In this document: in pieces, positions 23,750-37,791 of the stretch | How positions within the stretch are numbered: the first letter of the stretch is position 1 | Layout of the letters: each line of letters opens with the position of its first letter | NCBI RefSeq assembly: GCF_037042905.1 | Contig: NC_087246.1 | Span: 10,046,001-10,110,000, forward strand | DNA from: Lytechinus pictus | Lineage: Eukaryota | DNA length: 64,000 nt | Direction of reading: 5' to 3' | The notes under the pieces: model-generated | The model's database searches: none | The model's input: only the letters and a program-made list of their open reading frames with translations | Told to the model about the DNA's origin: nothing | Program-made: the position numbers and the translations under genes

Positions 23750-26700
23750 TGTTGACCATAGTAGATTGCGAGACAAATGAATACCCTCTAGCGATTATAA
23801 ATTTGATTGTAAGCCATATCATGTTGAAATGAACTGTTGAAATAACACTAAGGGGTATTCTGTTTTCATTCCAGTTAAAAGAATCAGGATAAGAGATACC
23901 ATTCTGTAAACAGTGACTTCACTAGCATGATTCAAAATCATGAATTCTTAATTCAATTTCAGGTATATTATGACTCATCAAAGACTAGAATATTTCTAAG
24001 CATTAGTACAAATAGAGACAGCCAGATTCAAAAGTTGGTGCTGCCACTTGTCAGTATCATCTCATTTCAAATACAATTCTAATTCTAAAGTCTAATCATA
24101 ACTAGTAAAAAGCCAATTTACAATATATATTTCAAGGATTTAAAATAAATCATGTTTGGCAGTGAACATTAACCAGTGACCAGTTGAATATTAGATTTAG
24201 ATTTTAAACCTTGTGAAATTGAATATAAAGCTAACAGATTTGAATTTAAATTTGAGATTTAAAAGTTATCCCTATAAGATTTAAAATAAATCAAATATTT
24301 GGCAGGTCACTATCCATAGCCAATCTGGATTTATTCTAAATCCTTGAAATCTAGAGTGTACATTCTCTGTTATTATTTAGACATGGTCAAAAACTTAAAG
24401 GGAAGAATAAGCTTGATCTTCTTAATCACCAGGAAGTCTGAACTACATGAAAACAGCTCTACCTTTTCCACATTAAGTCAACTCATCCACTGCCCTTAAA
24501 TAACCTTATCTTTGACATACATGGAATTATGCTTAATAACCTCTTCTGGAGCTTAAAGAAACAGGGTATTAGAAGTGATACATAACAGAGCTTATTTCCT
24601 AATAAGGGACTGTTTTGTAACATTTCTTTATCAATCACAACTTGCTTATTTACAGTAATACAATTCTACTGATAACTGTAACTGATAACTTTAAAATATC
24701 CACCCTGAGCAAAATTACCTCGGTGAAAAGGTTATTGGCTATGTGACCTTAATTATCACCTTAATACGGATTCTCATGAGCAAAATCCTTCGTTGAAATA
24801 AAGATAGTATCATTACAAGTGTTTGATGAATATATGACGTCAGTAGATCATAATTTTGATCACTCGTCAGAATTAGCATTGATACAGTACAAGCCACTCA
24901 CATAATTTCTGTAGAATGTAATAAGCTTAACACCGGAAGTATGTAACAGAGTCATATTGATCACAATTCGAGTATTGTAATAAAGAAAAGGGTGGAAAAA
25001 GCCGTTCAATTCCTTATTCACCTAGCTGTGGTCATTGAAAGTGCATTGCCCGTAGAAGAAAAAAAAACCTCTTTCATTTTTAGAAGATCTATATACAGAA
25101 AGGCAATATTTCTTTCCTTTTTTTTTAATCTTTCAGAGATGTCATCTAATGTGAATAGTCGGAACTAGTTATATGAAGTAGTTGACTTTCACCAACCATC
25201 TCTTTCAGCTCCTATTATAGGGATTTTCATCATTATAAATCATAAAATGAATCTGCTATCAAATTTTACAACTGAACGATCCATAAATCAAAAGGTATTG
25301 CTTTTTGTTATAAACATTACTTTGTTGCTATAAGGATGTTTGTTCACATATAGATATGAAGGGTTATGTCCTTCTGTCTCTATAAGAGAGTACAATGTTT
25401 GTATATCAGATGCTTGTATGCCTTTAACTGTCATTTCTAAAGAACAAGTTGAAAAGACATATTTACTTGACTTTCAAAATTTATGGATATTTATTCATGG
25501 AGAACCAGTGATAGAGTACTATAACTGCTGAAAACATGACCTTTGTTGTAGTAGCATAACATGATTCAAAATCCTAGCATGCTATTTGTAACTGTTTAGA
25601 AATTAGAGATACAGTATAGTATCCATAATGATGAATTGCTGCAACATCACACTTCTGTATACATACCAACTACATAAATTGAAAATAAGTATTATACATT
25701 TATTGGTGCTAGGTCTGGTCAGCCTCAGGCAAGCATGCCAAGAGCAACCTTTGGCTAAGAAGATAAAAGTTACTGTCTACATTAGAAACTGGTCTTCTGT
25801 CACTTTTGAAAACAAAATGAACTCGTAAAAACTGAAATACAAGTCTTGTAAATATGAAATCTACAGTAATTGTCATAGTTTTCATAAGTTTAATTTAGCA
25901 GAAATATAGATTATCAGGGAGCTTTGTAAAAAAAAGGATATCTCTATGTATTTGTTATCTATGGTAACCCTTCCATTTCAGACACAGTCAGTTTTCAGGT
26001 TAAGATATGAAATTAATAATCTGATGTAATAGTAACATGTATTGGAGCATTCAATGAACAAAAATAGTAAAAGGGTAAAGCCTAAGGGTAAATATTTTTA
26101 AATGAATAAGAGCATTAAGAACATAGATCATTGTCAAGAAAAAACCTTGTAAAATGCCTTTCTGGCAAGAACAAATAATCTCACCTTTTTTTTCCATTTA
26201 CTTAGATTTTACAACTATTTTTTTACAAATTGATTGAATGATTGGTATATGCATCATATTGTATTACGATTGTGAGATAGCTGTATAAGCCATATTTTCT
26301 ATGAACATGCACAATGAAATGATATTTGATGTACATTTTTTAAAGATATTGAAATCATTAAATGTGGCAGATATATATATATTATTACACATAGCTAAAG
26401 AGTTTCACTTTCTTTTTTAAATTGTGTTTCGTCCTAATTATTGAAACTTTTATTTAACAGTATTATAGATTTATATCGTGTCATTTACAATGTCTTAACC
26501 ACAATTCCTCCCAGTGTGTGTGTCTATCTGTCTCTCTCTCTCTTTCATTTTTGCTCTTTCTCTCGTAATGTGATGTTGCTTCAAATGTCAGTCCAAATGA
26601 ACATAGGCCCTATCATCTGGCTCAAATCTGGACTCTCTTCAAATATCAATTATCATCCCTGTTTTTTCTATTTACAGAAATAAAAAAGAAATAATTCAAA

Positions 26701-27362
26701 TTTTCCTCTATTACTGAGTAATTTGGCATGCGATACAGTTTTAAATGTAATTTTCATTACAATCAAATCACCTTGATTTATAGACAATGCAAGCAAGCGC
26801 ACCAATTTTGACATTTCTGGTCACATGTTACAGAGGCTGTTCCGATCCCTCCCAGAAATAAATCTCTCTTTTTGTTGCACATCATGGGCAGTTGTCTCAT
26901 TGTCATGACGATGTGCCCACAAAAATAAAATATCGACCTTGGGCAGGGGTGAGTCAGGAAAACACATTTCATTTCTAGTTCATGTTATACCTGTTCCGAA
27001 CCTCCAAATTTCTATTGTGTGGTATTTGATCATACTTGGAAGTGACATTGCATGGGACTGAGGATGTCTTAATCCATATTAAAGAAACAGGTAGAAAAAT
27101 CCTTAAACTGGACCCAAACAGGTGCTTTAACCTAACAAAGATGACACTATTTTTATCCTTGGTAAGACACAAAATCACTAGCAATACAAGGATCATTTCA
27201 ATATGTATGAAGAGTTTATTTCCATTAGGGGTTGATTCCATCTTGGTAAATTCAGTTAAAATACATTGGTTTTGCCGGATTCTATGCAGTTTCATAGAGG
27301 GAAGATATACTGGAAATGCATTTTCTCACTGTCTTCTAAATCTATAAAAAATGGTTTACTAA

Positions 27363-29033
27363 GGGTGTGTTTATGCTTCCACTGCGTAGACAGAATCAGC
27401 GTTTTCAAACGTCGTTTCAGAACGCTGATTGCAAACGTGGTTCTGGAAGTGCTGTTTATGCTTTATAATTTTTCAGAGGCAAAATCGCGATCTGCAGCTG
27501 GCTTCGTATCAAAATATTCGTTGAGCAGGAAAGCAAGGCCGATTTGGGCATGCCCTTTTTCAAAAGTTTTTTTTTCCAAGTGTTGTTATGGTCGACTATT
27601 ATTTTAACTTTGAACAATTTCCGATCTTTTAGTAATTGCATGGAGCTACTTGACATAGCCATAGAATTTTCATCATCATGAAGATAATAGTAAGATAAAG
27701 CAAAGTATATAAGTATACATATAACAAAATAATAACACATCAATTTGTTCATGCTACTGGGGCTTCTGGCTCAGTGATGTCTCCTCATTTTAATCCCACA
27801 ACATTCATTGTGATGACAAATTAGAGGAGTATACTTAGGGTGTGTTTATGCTTCCATTGCGAGGACAGAATAGCGTTTTCAAACGTCGATTCAAAACGCC
27901 GATGGTAAACGTGGTTCTGGGAGTGCTGTTTATGCTTAACTTTTCAGAGGCGAAATTACGATCTCCAGCTGGCTTCGCATCGTAATTTTCGTTGAGCAGG
28001 AAAGCCAGGTCTTTTTCGAAAGTTTTTTTTCTGAGTGTTGTTATGGGGAAGGTACGTCGACTGTTATATAAATATCGAACAATTTCCGATATTTTAGTCA
28101 TTGCATGGAGCTTCTTGATATAGCCATATAATTTCCACCATGGTGAGGATAATAGTAAGAAAAAATAAGGAATATAAAGTATACAAAATAATAGAATATC
28201 TATTTGTTTATGCTACTGGGGCATCTGGCGATGTCTCCTCATTATAACTCATGTTCCTGGGTTTTTTTTGGTGTAAATCCCTCAACATTCATCGTGATGA
28301 CAAATTGGAAGAGTAATACTAGTAATAGTCATGCAAAACAAGGGAAGATGAGAGGTAATTCCGTGGAGGTAACATGCGCCCATGTGGGGCAATGCGATTA
28401 TTTGCCCGTGGATTTTCATCTCACCGGAAGCATGTACCAAATGACGTCATTTAAACACGTTTACGATCGTGGTTCTGTTTATACTTCCCCAGAAAGCCTG
28501 ATTCTGGTCAAACGACGTTTACAAACGCACCTTTTCGTGAGTTTATGATCGACGTTTTGAAACAGCGTTTCAATAAAAGTAAGCATGGACGCAACCGTGT
28601 TTTGGACTAATCACGTTTGGAAACGCTGATTCTGGCCTGAAAAGTGGAAGCATAAACACGGCCTTAGCTTAAAAATTATACATGTAAATGAACATTGGTC
28701 ATTATTCTATAAAATCAGGGAGTTAAAAGGTTATTCCGTGCAGGTAACTCCCAGTTAGAATCATATGGCTATATTTTGCCTGAAGATTTTCATCTCAAAA
28801 GCATGTATCACATGACGTCATTAACATTATTATGATCGTGGTCCTGTTTATACTTCCCCAGAAACCCTAATTCTGGTCTAATGATGTTTTGAAATGTACC
28901 TTTATGTAAGTTTACGATCGGTGTTCTGAAACATTCTTTTAAATTAAAAAAAGCATGGACGCAATCGTGTTTTGGACTAATCACGTATGATCACACAAAT
29001 TCTGGCCTGAAAAGTGGAAGCATAAATACGCCC
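27363..29033. mobile_element. PIF/Harbinger-like MITE, outer copy (TAA TSD), containing a same-family insertion
   Basis: TAA at 27360-27362 and 29034-29036. TIRs gggtgtgtttatgcttccact / agtggaagcataaatacgccc. Confidence 0.85.
27838..28663. mobile_element. PIF/Harbinger-like MITE, inner copy (TTA TSD)
   Basis: TTA at 27835-27837 and 28664-28666. TIRs gggtgtgtttatgcttcca / tggaagcataaacacggcc. Its body is homologous to both halves of the outer copy. Confidence 0.85.
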
Positions 29034-30191
29034 TAAAAGAATAGACCTCTTCAATATTTTGATGTAGATTCCCCCTTTGGCAAAGAAAACATATCAAAAT
29101 TCTGAAGATGGCATTTATCACAAAAAAGAGAAGATGAAACATATATTGGAAACTATAAAAACCTTTAGTTTAAAAGAAGAAAAAAATCTGCCTATGCAAA
29201 AATAATTTAAAAAAACATAGAAATAACTTTTGAGAGATAAAACGTTCAGTGAAGTATTATATTAGAAATGAAAGGGAGTGTGCATGATGAAAGTGAAAGA
29301 AAATGAGAGAAAATAATAAAGGAAATGAGTATAGAGAAAATGGAGAAAGTAATATTAGGTTAAGGAAGAATTAAGGGAAAGGGATGATGAACTTACAGAC
29401 TCTCAGAAAATAATTACACATAAAGTAATTCTGCTGAATGTAAAACAGGGGATTAACAACTAGCTGGAGTTAAATTCGAAAAAAGCTCCCATAAAAGTAT
29501 TGAGAACCACCCCTTGAAACAATCATTAACAAAAACAAAAATTCAAATTGAAACAATTATTTATAGAGATAAACAGAAAAGTGCAGTCATGGCAATTAAC
29601 CTTAAAGGGTTCACAAATCAATAACAAAATAAAAAGGAATATTTTAGGATAAAACAATGACACACTGTAATTCAAGAGATGAATCATAAAAGCACCCTTA
29701 ATAGGAATCATTTTCCTCCTGTCAAATAGGATTAGATAATGAGATGAGTCCAAAAGCAGGTTGTTGGGGGTAGGAAATGGGTCAAAACTATGACTTTAGT
29801 ATTTATTGGATTATATTACTCAGATATGGGAAATTGGTGAGAAAATTGATTCTGTGTTTATGAAATGAAGAAAGGCATCTTTGCACTTATTGGAGGTGTG
29901 CTTTTTCAGTTTACGACTCATTTTCTCAAACACTTAAAGAGTAGATTTTTTAGGTGTATCAAGTTTTTTGGATGGGTTTTTCTAAAATACTACAGTTGCA
30001 TATGAAGTCAGCCTTCTCTATAAAGTCAAATAATCCCTGAAGTGAAAACAATTTTCAGACTAGAACTCCCTGGTAAAACCTGTTATTTACTTCTTTTAAG
30101 TTGAAATTCACACAAGTCAAAATAGACTGTGGTCCCAGGGGATTCGACCTTGCCAGATTCACCCGTTAACTTCTTCACCATTGTTACTTAA

Positions 30192-30794
30192 AGGTCAAGT
30201 CCACCTCAGAAAAATGTTGATTTGAATCAATAGAGAAAAATCAGACAAGCACAATGCTGAAAATTTCATCGAAATCGGATGTAAAATAAGAAAGTTATGA
30301 CATTTCAAAGTTTCGCTTATTTTTAACAAAATAGTTATATGAACGAGCCAGTTACATACAAATGAGAGAGTCGATGATGTCACTCACTCACTATATCTTT
30401 TGTTTTTTATTGTTTGAATTATACAATATTTCAATTTTTACGAATTTGATGATTAGGACCTCCTTGCCTGAAGCACAAAATGTTAAAATAATGGAATTCC
30501 ACATGTTCAGAGAGGAATGAAACTTCATTTCACATGACAATGACGAGAAAATCAAAATATTTCATATTTCATATAATAAAATACAAAAGAAATAATGAGT
30601 GAGTGATGTCATCAGTTCCCTCATTTGCATACCGACCGAGATGTGCATATAACTGTTTTGTTAAATGAAGCGAAACTTTAAAATGTCATAACTTTCTTAT
30701 TTTACATCCGATTTTGATGAAATTTTCAGTGTTATGCTTGTTGAATTTTTCTCTTTTTATTCAAATCAAGTTTTTGTTGGGGTGGACTTGTCCT
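30192..30794. mobile_element. MITE family A (Kolobok-like), copy 2
   Basis: TTAA at 30188-30191 and 30795-30798. Termini aggtcaagtccacc...ggtggacttgtcct. Confidence 0.9.
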
Positions 30795-33562
30795 TTAACC
30801 CATGGCGTAATGGAACAAGGTGGTCACTGCAGAAAGAACATGTGAATTACGGAACTCTGAAGTCATGGGGTTAAGAGAGAACACTAATCTGAGGGGAATT
30901 AAACATAGGTCTATAGCATGACTGACCCAAAAATAAAAATAATCCTAAAGCTGCTATTTTGTTTCAAGAGAAAGTGTACTTCAATGCACAGAAGTGTATA
31001 TTAAAAACTTTTAATTAGAAATTAATTTTCCCTTAATGACTACCCTATAAGAAAAAACCAATCAGGGCTTCAACCACTATCTATTGCAAAACAAAAAAGA
31101 ATAAATGATGAGAAAACTGTGAGAAATATCTTAAAAGCTCCCCGTATAGGCCTAAATTGCTCTGTCCATAAATAACGTTTATCATTCCCCGGATTATTGA
31201 AGATAGAAAACGTCTCTCCCATTCAGCCACATAAAGTAATATAATTTGCAAAAAAAAATGTTCAGCATGCACAAAAATGCAAATTAAAATGGCCAGGGGG
31301 TGAAGGGGGGTTGATAAACCCCCCCCCCCCCCCCCCCTCAACATGTTCCACGACCATTCTGCTGTGCTGGCCTGAAATATTGTGTTCAACCTGGCTAGGT
31401 CAATCACTGCCATGACCCCCCCCCCCCCCCCTGCAGCTAGAGAACAGCCACCAAAGCCTGGTCTGTTTAGGGCTAAGAAAAAGAAACCTGACTTTCCTTT
31501 TTTTATAAAACATCACAAGAGATTTTCATTGTCTTTGCCAAAAAAAAAGCAACATTTAAATGCGTAACTTTGGTTGAAATTCCACATTTTGGCAGCATAT
31601 ACATGCCTTTTACCACAATCTTACTTTTTTATCAAACCCATTAATTTCTGAAATCTACATACAGGGAGGTTAAGACCATGTCAATGGGTGAGTGGCACAA
31701 GAAATATATTGATCCTTTCAGCGGATGTTTTATTCATAGTATGAGAATAATAAATCTCTAGGAGGAGGAGGTGAAAACGAAACTGGGTTACCTGGGAGGG
31801 TTGCAGGAGACGCCTGGTGATGAAGGTATGATAACAGAACACAATGTCACAATGGCCTCACTAGCTAGTCTACCATCATAAACTAAAGTCAGCGTTCTCT
31901 TCAAGCCCATAATTTCATGTTTAAAAATCTTACTCCCATGATGTCTGAAACTTTTCAGAAGCATATTGGAAAAGTAAAATTTGGTCTTCAACGTCGTTAC
32001 ATAGCCTTATATCTAATTACATCTTCCATATAATATCCTAGACAAATGAAACAGGCTCTTAACAAGCATCTTAGCCATATAAGATTTTTTATATGGCGTG
32101 AAGATTTATAAAAATAAAAAAAATCAATAACCCCATAGCCTTTGCTGCAATAATCATATGATTTTGGTAGGCACAAGTGTAAAAAAAAAATTGATCATTG
32201 TGCAGCCTTTGCACCCCCAAAAAATAATAATTCAGAAGCTTCAATATTGAGTTTGAAACGAGCAAAGGGTTTGGGCCACAAACTATTTCACGATCTTTCC
32301 TTGTTTCTGATAAAAATCTATATATCAGAGAGGAAAATGAAACCTGTGGGAGCCAGATTGACGGCTCAAACAGTGCATTAAAAAAAAATAGTTAAAAAGA
32401 AAGGTATGTGGCTATTTTCTCTTCTATCATCCAGATCAGCAACTATACATAAGCCCTGTCATATCCTGAACTACAGAGGGCATGCTGTTCTCCTACTGGT
32501 GTTTTAACAGCGTTTATCACGATACACCCTTTATACTCACACTGGGAGTATGATTCATTAATATAATATATTTACAGGTGGGTCCTTTAAGTATTGCTGA
32601 ATTAGATTAAGCAGCAGGGCTTTCTCGAAAACAAAGGAAAGAGATCATTTCAATCAAGTTCCTACTGTCACAATGCTAAAAGTTTAATCCTGCAACTGCA
32701 GTACCCCAAGTTACGATCTACGGTAGGAAAGGAGGCTTGATGCTAAATTCATAGCAATTTTCTTCTTTTTTTTTTACTATTTGTTATCATTAATGAGGTT
32801 CTTTCTTTAACTGATCTATACTAGTAGATATAAAGATTTATATACATAGTTAAGAAAAAAGAACTGTGTTAGAATTTTTTTAGACAATACAAACTATTCT
32901 GAACTAGGTGAACATAATACTAAACCTACTGTATGTATATCAATAGGCCTAAATCAAATAAAAGATAAGGCTACAGGAGCTAGAAAATCCTACAGGAGCT
33001 AGGAGCAAGTTATGTATCTTTCTTGAGTGGGCTGGGACATGGCAAGGTATGTTGACCTGACTGAAAACATTCTATCCATTACTCACAATTCCCTATAGGT
33101 CAATATAAACTGTATTCAGATGAAAGGGAACACATGAGTCATGGTAATGAACATGAGACGGTTTATAATACTCAACACCCCCCCCCCCTCCTCCTCCCAA
33201 CTCATAATCACATCCAGAAGCCCATTTATCCTCTTATACATGCAGAAATGGATCTGACCTTTAGAATGCTTTCTGAAACAAAATGGAGACTTTCAATCCT
33301 TAGTCAATACACAGAAGTTACACCCAGCAATACTCAATATCTACACAAAGGAGAAATTATCAAACCATCCTTCATGTTTCTGCTACAAAGAAAGACAAAA
33401 ATTGCCTGATACAGTAAATGCCAATGAAATACAAAACATGAGCTGTCCATACGATATGACATGAAAACCTGCTTGCAGTAAAAATAACAATGGAAAAAAA
33501 AACATACACCACACATTCCTTCACATTAAAAGAAAAATGTAGTATTACAAAAACAAATGTAT

Positions 33563-33810
33563 TGGATTTGTCTCTGGACTTTAAAACAGAGGGTCATGGG
33601 TTTGAATCCCAGACATGGTGTACATTCCTTCAGCAATAAACTGATCCATAATGTGCTGTTCTCAACCCAGGTGAGTTAAATGGGTACCTGGCAGGAATTT
33701 ATTCATTTAATTGCAGTGCGTGAAACAACCGCTCTCCTAAAGCTATGGTAATCATGCTGCATTAATGTAGAGCGCTAGGAGACTCCTGATATAGAAAGTG
33801 TTAAGCGCTC
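33563..33810 (+). mobile_element. Degenerate tRNA-derived SINE (same family as 46470)
   Basis: ggactttaaaacagagggtcatgggtttgaatcccag...ctcaacccaggtgagttaaatgggtacc matches the intact copy. Confidence 0.75.
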
Positions 33811-34106
33811 TTCCAAAAAAATGTCAAAAAAAACCAAGCCATAATGATGGCAAATTATATCTCTTTAAATTGTGGTGAAATATCTTTTAATAAAAATATT
33901 GATTTAAGCAATAGAAATAAGCCACTCGTGAGCCAGTAAGCAGGTAATGTATAGTCTGTAAAATCTGTCTATTATAAAAGAGCTTTTCAAACAAAAGAAA
34001 TTAAATTATACTTACATATTTTCATTGTTTCCAGTTTAAAACTTATGCATAATTTTTTCTTGCTCTTCTGTTTTCTTTGTACTTCAGCAAAATATTAGGT
34101 CTATAA

Positions 34107-34267
34107 CAGAAGCAGATCCAGGATTTTGCAAAAGGGAGGGGGCAAAATTTCCCAAGTAAAATTTGACAAGCAAAAAAAAGGGTCCTCAAGTGTATGAACG
34201 ACATATTCTCATTAAAAAAAAAATCCTGTGACTCTCAAAAATGCCCCCCCCCCTGGATCTGCCACTG
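34107..34267. mobile_element. Small hAT-like MITE
   Basis: TIRs cagaagcagatccagg / cctggatctgccactg. 8-bp flanks gtctataa / gtttacaa (6/8 match). Confidence 0.65.
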
Positions 34268-36678
34268 GTTTACAAGTACAAGAGCTTATTTTTGTTTCTT
34301 ATTTATAAACATAGACCTACTATAGGTCCATGTTATAAGTAATCAAAATAGAAGAATAGACAGTTTCAGCAAGTACACCTTTTTAAATATCTGCACATTG
34401 CTATGAAATAGATATTGGGCGATTCCATGCTAGAAAAATCAGCCATTTTCACAACCTGCTGTCCAAACGAACGAAGAACTTCAATTTGCTTTGTGGTAAA
34501 GTACTACTGGGTAGACATGCAAAAAAACTGACAACCAACAAAAATATTAATTTATTTCACTCTAGCACACATTTTTTTATTGGTTTCCTGAATTATACTA
34601 TTTAAGTTCTAAGACTAATACCAGTCATACTCAAAGATACATCAATATTTTCATTTATTTAACTTGTTTTTCATTAGAGAGATAGGCTATCATAACCCTT
34701 GAAGGGTGCCTGTTTAACTATAGGTTAAGGTGCTGTGATAGTTGAGTCATCTGTCACCTTACAATGACAAGCATGGTGTCAACATCAATAAACTCCTAAT
34801 ATTCACAGGGGTGTGATGCATGCAAAAACCACCGACAGTAAACAAACAAAAATATGTACTGATATTCTTTAATATTTTCTCAAGTTTTCATATTTTCTCA
34901 AGTTTGACTATGGATGATGTTACTTTTTTATTATCAACCATTATTTTCTCAAGTTTGACTTTGGGTGATGTGACATTTTTAATTGTAAATCATGATGTAT
35001 ATATGAGGTATTCACTTTCAGCCTGATATGGAATGGGTCGTATTGTAGATGTAAATGAAAATGTGGGGAAGGGGTCCTAAATTCACTGAAACCAAAATGG
35101 ACTTTGCCTTGGCGCAGCTAGCCATACATTAATCAATTAAAAAATAAATGATTTAAAACTTCTTTGTTCCTTTTTCCCAAATATGTCATATATGCATACA
35201 TGATAGTTTTGGAATATTATATACATATCTGTATAAATTCATTATGTAATGAAAATGAGTAGGCCTTAACCTTTTCATACTTTGGCATTAACACTATTAT
35301 ATAAAGTAATATCACTTGGAACATTATTTAATTCACCTAATAATAAAGGTCATTTTATGAAATGATTACATATGAGTGAACAACAACATCCATTGAAGTG
35401 GTCAAGGTGACAATAAACTTTTATGAGAATGAGGGAGCCCTCAACTTTTGCTGCATATTGAGCTACATCTTACAAAACACACATAAACAGATCAATATCA
35501 ATGTCTACATTGTTTTGATTATTTTTATATATGCCTCCCTCTAGAGTCTAGATAACAACAGTTTGTATTTGAAATTTTCTAAGCAATCAGGATCATCACG
35601 CCTGATATTCATAGGTCTTATTTGAAACTTTGCATAATCCATGTGTTCTCATTTTTGGTGTTGCATTTACTTTAAAACTGAAACCTATCTTGATCATATT
35701 TTTCAAAACGTACATGAATATGGTTTCAAATATAAATGGCAAGGGTCAGAACGCTATTAAACTAAAGCAATGTAATATCTAAAATATTGTTTCAGCTTTG
35801 ATAAAAAGTTATTAAGATTGTCAACGTAACCATGCGAACATAGCTATTGAGGATATACTCCAATGACAATTCATTCAATAAAAAAAAACAGAAAAATAGT
35901 ATAATAAAATAACTGAAGGGGACATGGCCCATGAAAAACATCAGAGAATTAATTCCTAGCTTAGCTGGTGAATAAGGAGATCTGAAAGACTTGCTGATAA
36001 ACATATATAAAACTTATTATAATCCAGCAATGTACCATCAAGTTAGTTTTGTTTTGGAGATAATCAGAAGCAATGTGATGAAGCAATATGATATTTGAAA
36101 TTATTTTCTATATTCATAGTTGCTATAGACAAAGTCCCACTATTACCAAACTTGAACTTGACTGTCTTTAAGAAAATTACCTAAATGAAGATGACAGGTC
36201 ATCAAAATCAAACTTCTACCCTAGACCGATATGAATGACTCATTAACACTTTTGACCTTTGGGACCTTTCCTTCCATGATTAGTGAATAATTTATCATGA
36301 CCTGCAAATAGTCCAGAGAGAAATCATAATTGGAGCAGGTTCCATGGTTCAAGGAAGGTCGGGAGGTTTTACAAGAGATATAGAAATTATGAGACTTAAA
36401 GCTTGTCTGAGCATATTAAACATTTAAAAAGCTTTAAAAGTATATTCCATTTGTACTATTTTGGAAACTTTCTTGAAGCTTACACAGATCTTGACTTGAA
36501 ATTCATGTGAGAACAAACAAAAACAGTCCTGACTTCCATTTAAAGATAAAACAGTTTCAATTAAAATATCATAGCTAGACAAATGTACACACAGGAGGAA
36601 TGTGTGACCAAGGAGCTTTAGCTCCATGGTGTGACCGAACGAACCGGTGAGTAAATGTATACCATTATGGGTCACTTT

Positions 36679-37095
36679 GACCCTGTTCTCACTTACTTCC
36701 TTAAACTAATTAGTTTAGAGGAAACCATATTAACGTGTAATAGGAACACTTAAAAGCGGTATTGGTAGTGATCTTAGTTGGTCTTCCAAACCATTTTGGA
36801 AAACTCAACTGTTCTTCTGAAAGCGATTTTTGCACAGAAGTACGAGAGTGTAAGCATGTTTGAGTGTGCTACTCATTGGTTTAAATTTCACCCCATTTGA
36901 CCCACTGGCACTGAGACCATTCCCACAGCAAAAAGACTACTTTAAATCATGGACCTAGTAGGTCCATGTTTAAATGAAGTGGTTCTAAAAACCAGCAGGA
37001 GGTAGTGATGAGGACACTGGCAAATCAATCTTCTAAACTGATTTCCTAAACTAGTTTACGGGAAACCAGTTGAAGAAAAAAGATGAGAACGGGTA
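36679..37095. mobile_element. MITE (gaccc(t/g)ttctca family), copy 2, carrying a 21-bp palindromic insert
   Basis: gaccctgttctca...tgagaacgggt. Aligns with 4698-5135. Confidence 0.7.
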
Positions 37096-37391
37096 TTTAT
37101 TTAACACAGCACACTCACACATAGTGAACTTGACATGAGCCTACAGCCACAGGGAAGTAGGAATTAGAAATTTAGAATTCCCTGGTAGAGCCATTGGACA
37201 AGAACACAGGCGTTTTTTTTTTAATCTCCCCAAAACTATCACTCTAATGAACATTAGATTAACTTTCGAAATTTGTCTCCGAGCTTTTATCACTTGTTAA
37301 GAAGCTATTACCAATAAGACTCTTCAGGTTGCATAATAATGCAAGATTTAAGCATGAGACAGGTGTAAACAGTATTTAAAAGTTCATCTCA

Positions 37392-37791
37392 TACCCCTTT
37401 CATAAACCCAATAAAACCCAATTATGCGGCTAATAGCAGCATAATTTGGTCGTAAAATCAGAGGAGGACAAGATTTATCTGCATTATTCTGATGCTGCTA
37501 TTATCCGCATAATAGCGGCATCGGGACAAGATTTTGAGTTTATGAACGGATTTCCAAATAATGCGGATAATTGCCATGGTGCGGTCACAAGGTCACCCTT
37601 TTCCAACACAACCGCATCGGAGGGGGCGTGTCCAGTTGTCATGACGATTATCCGCCTTTTTCAGGACGGGCGCTCGTAAAAATAATGCGGATAATTTTCG
37701 GAGTTTGTGAACACAATTTTTATTGAATTATCCGCATTACTCTTAGGCGGCTAATTGGAGGATAGGTTTTATTGGGTTTATGAAAGGGGTA
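37392..37791. mobile_element. PIF/Harbinger-like MITE (tacccctttcataaacc TIR), copy 1
   Basis: Perfect TIR tacccctttcataaacccaataaaac / gttttattgggtttatgaaaggggta. Flanks TCA/TAA. Near-identical copy at 61641. Confidence 0.9.

Noticed and set aside
31792..31945. Possible minus-strand exon (AG...GT bounded, one open frame)
   Set aside because: No recognisable peptide and no partner exons. It cannot be supported without transcript data.
37446..37679. Duplicated 77-aa ORF (also at 61695)
   Set aside because: It lies within a 400-bp MITE, starts at TTG, and has no transposase similarity.
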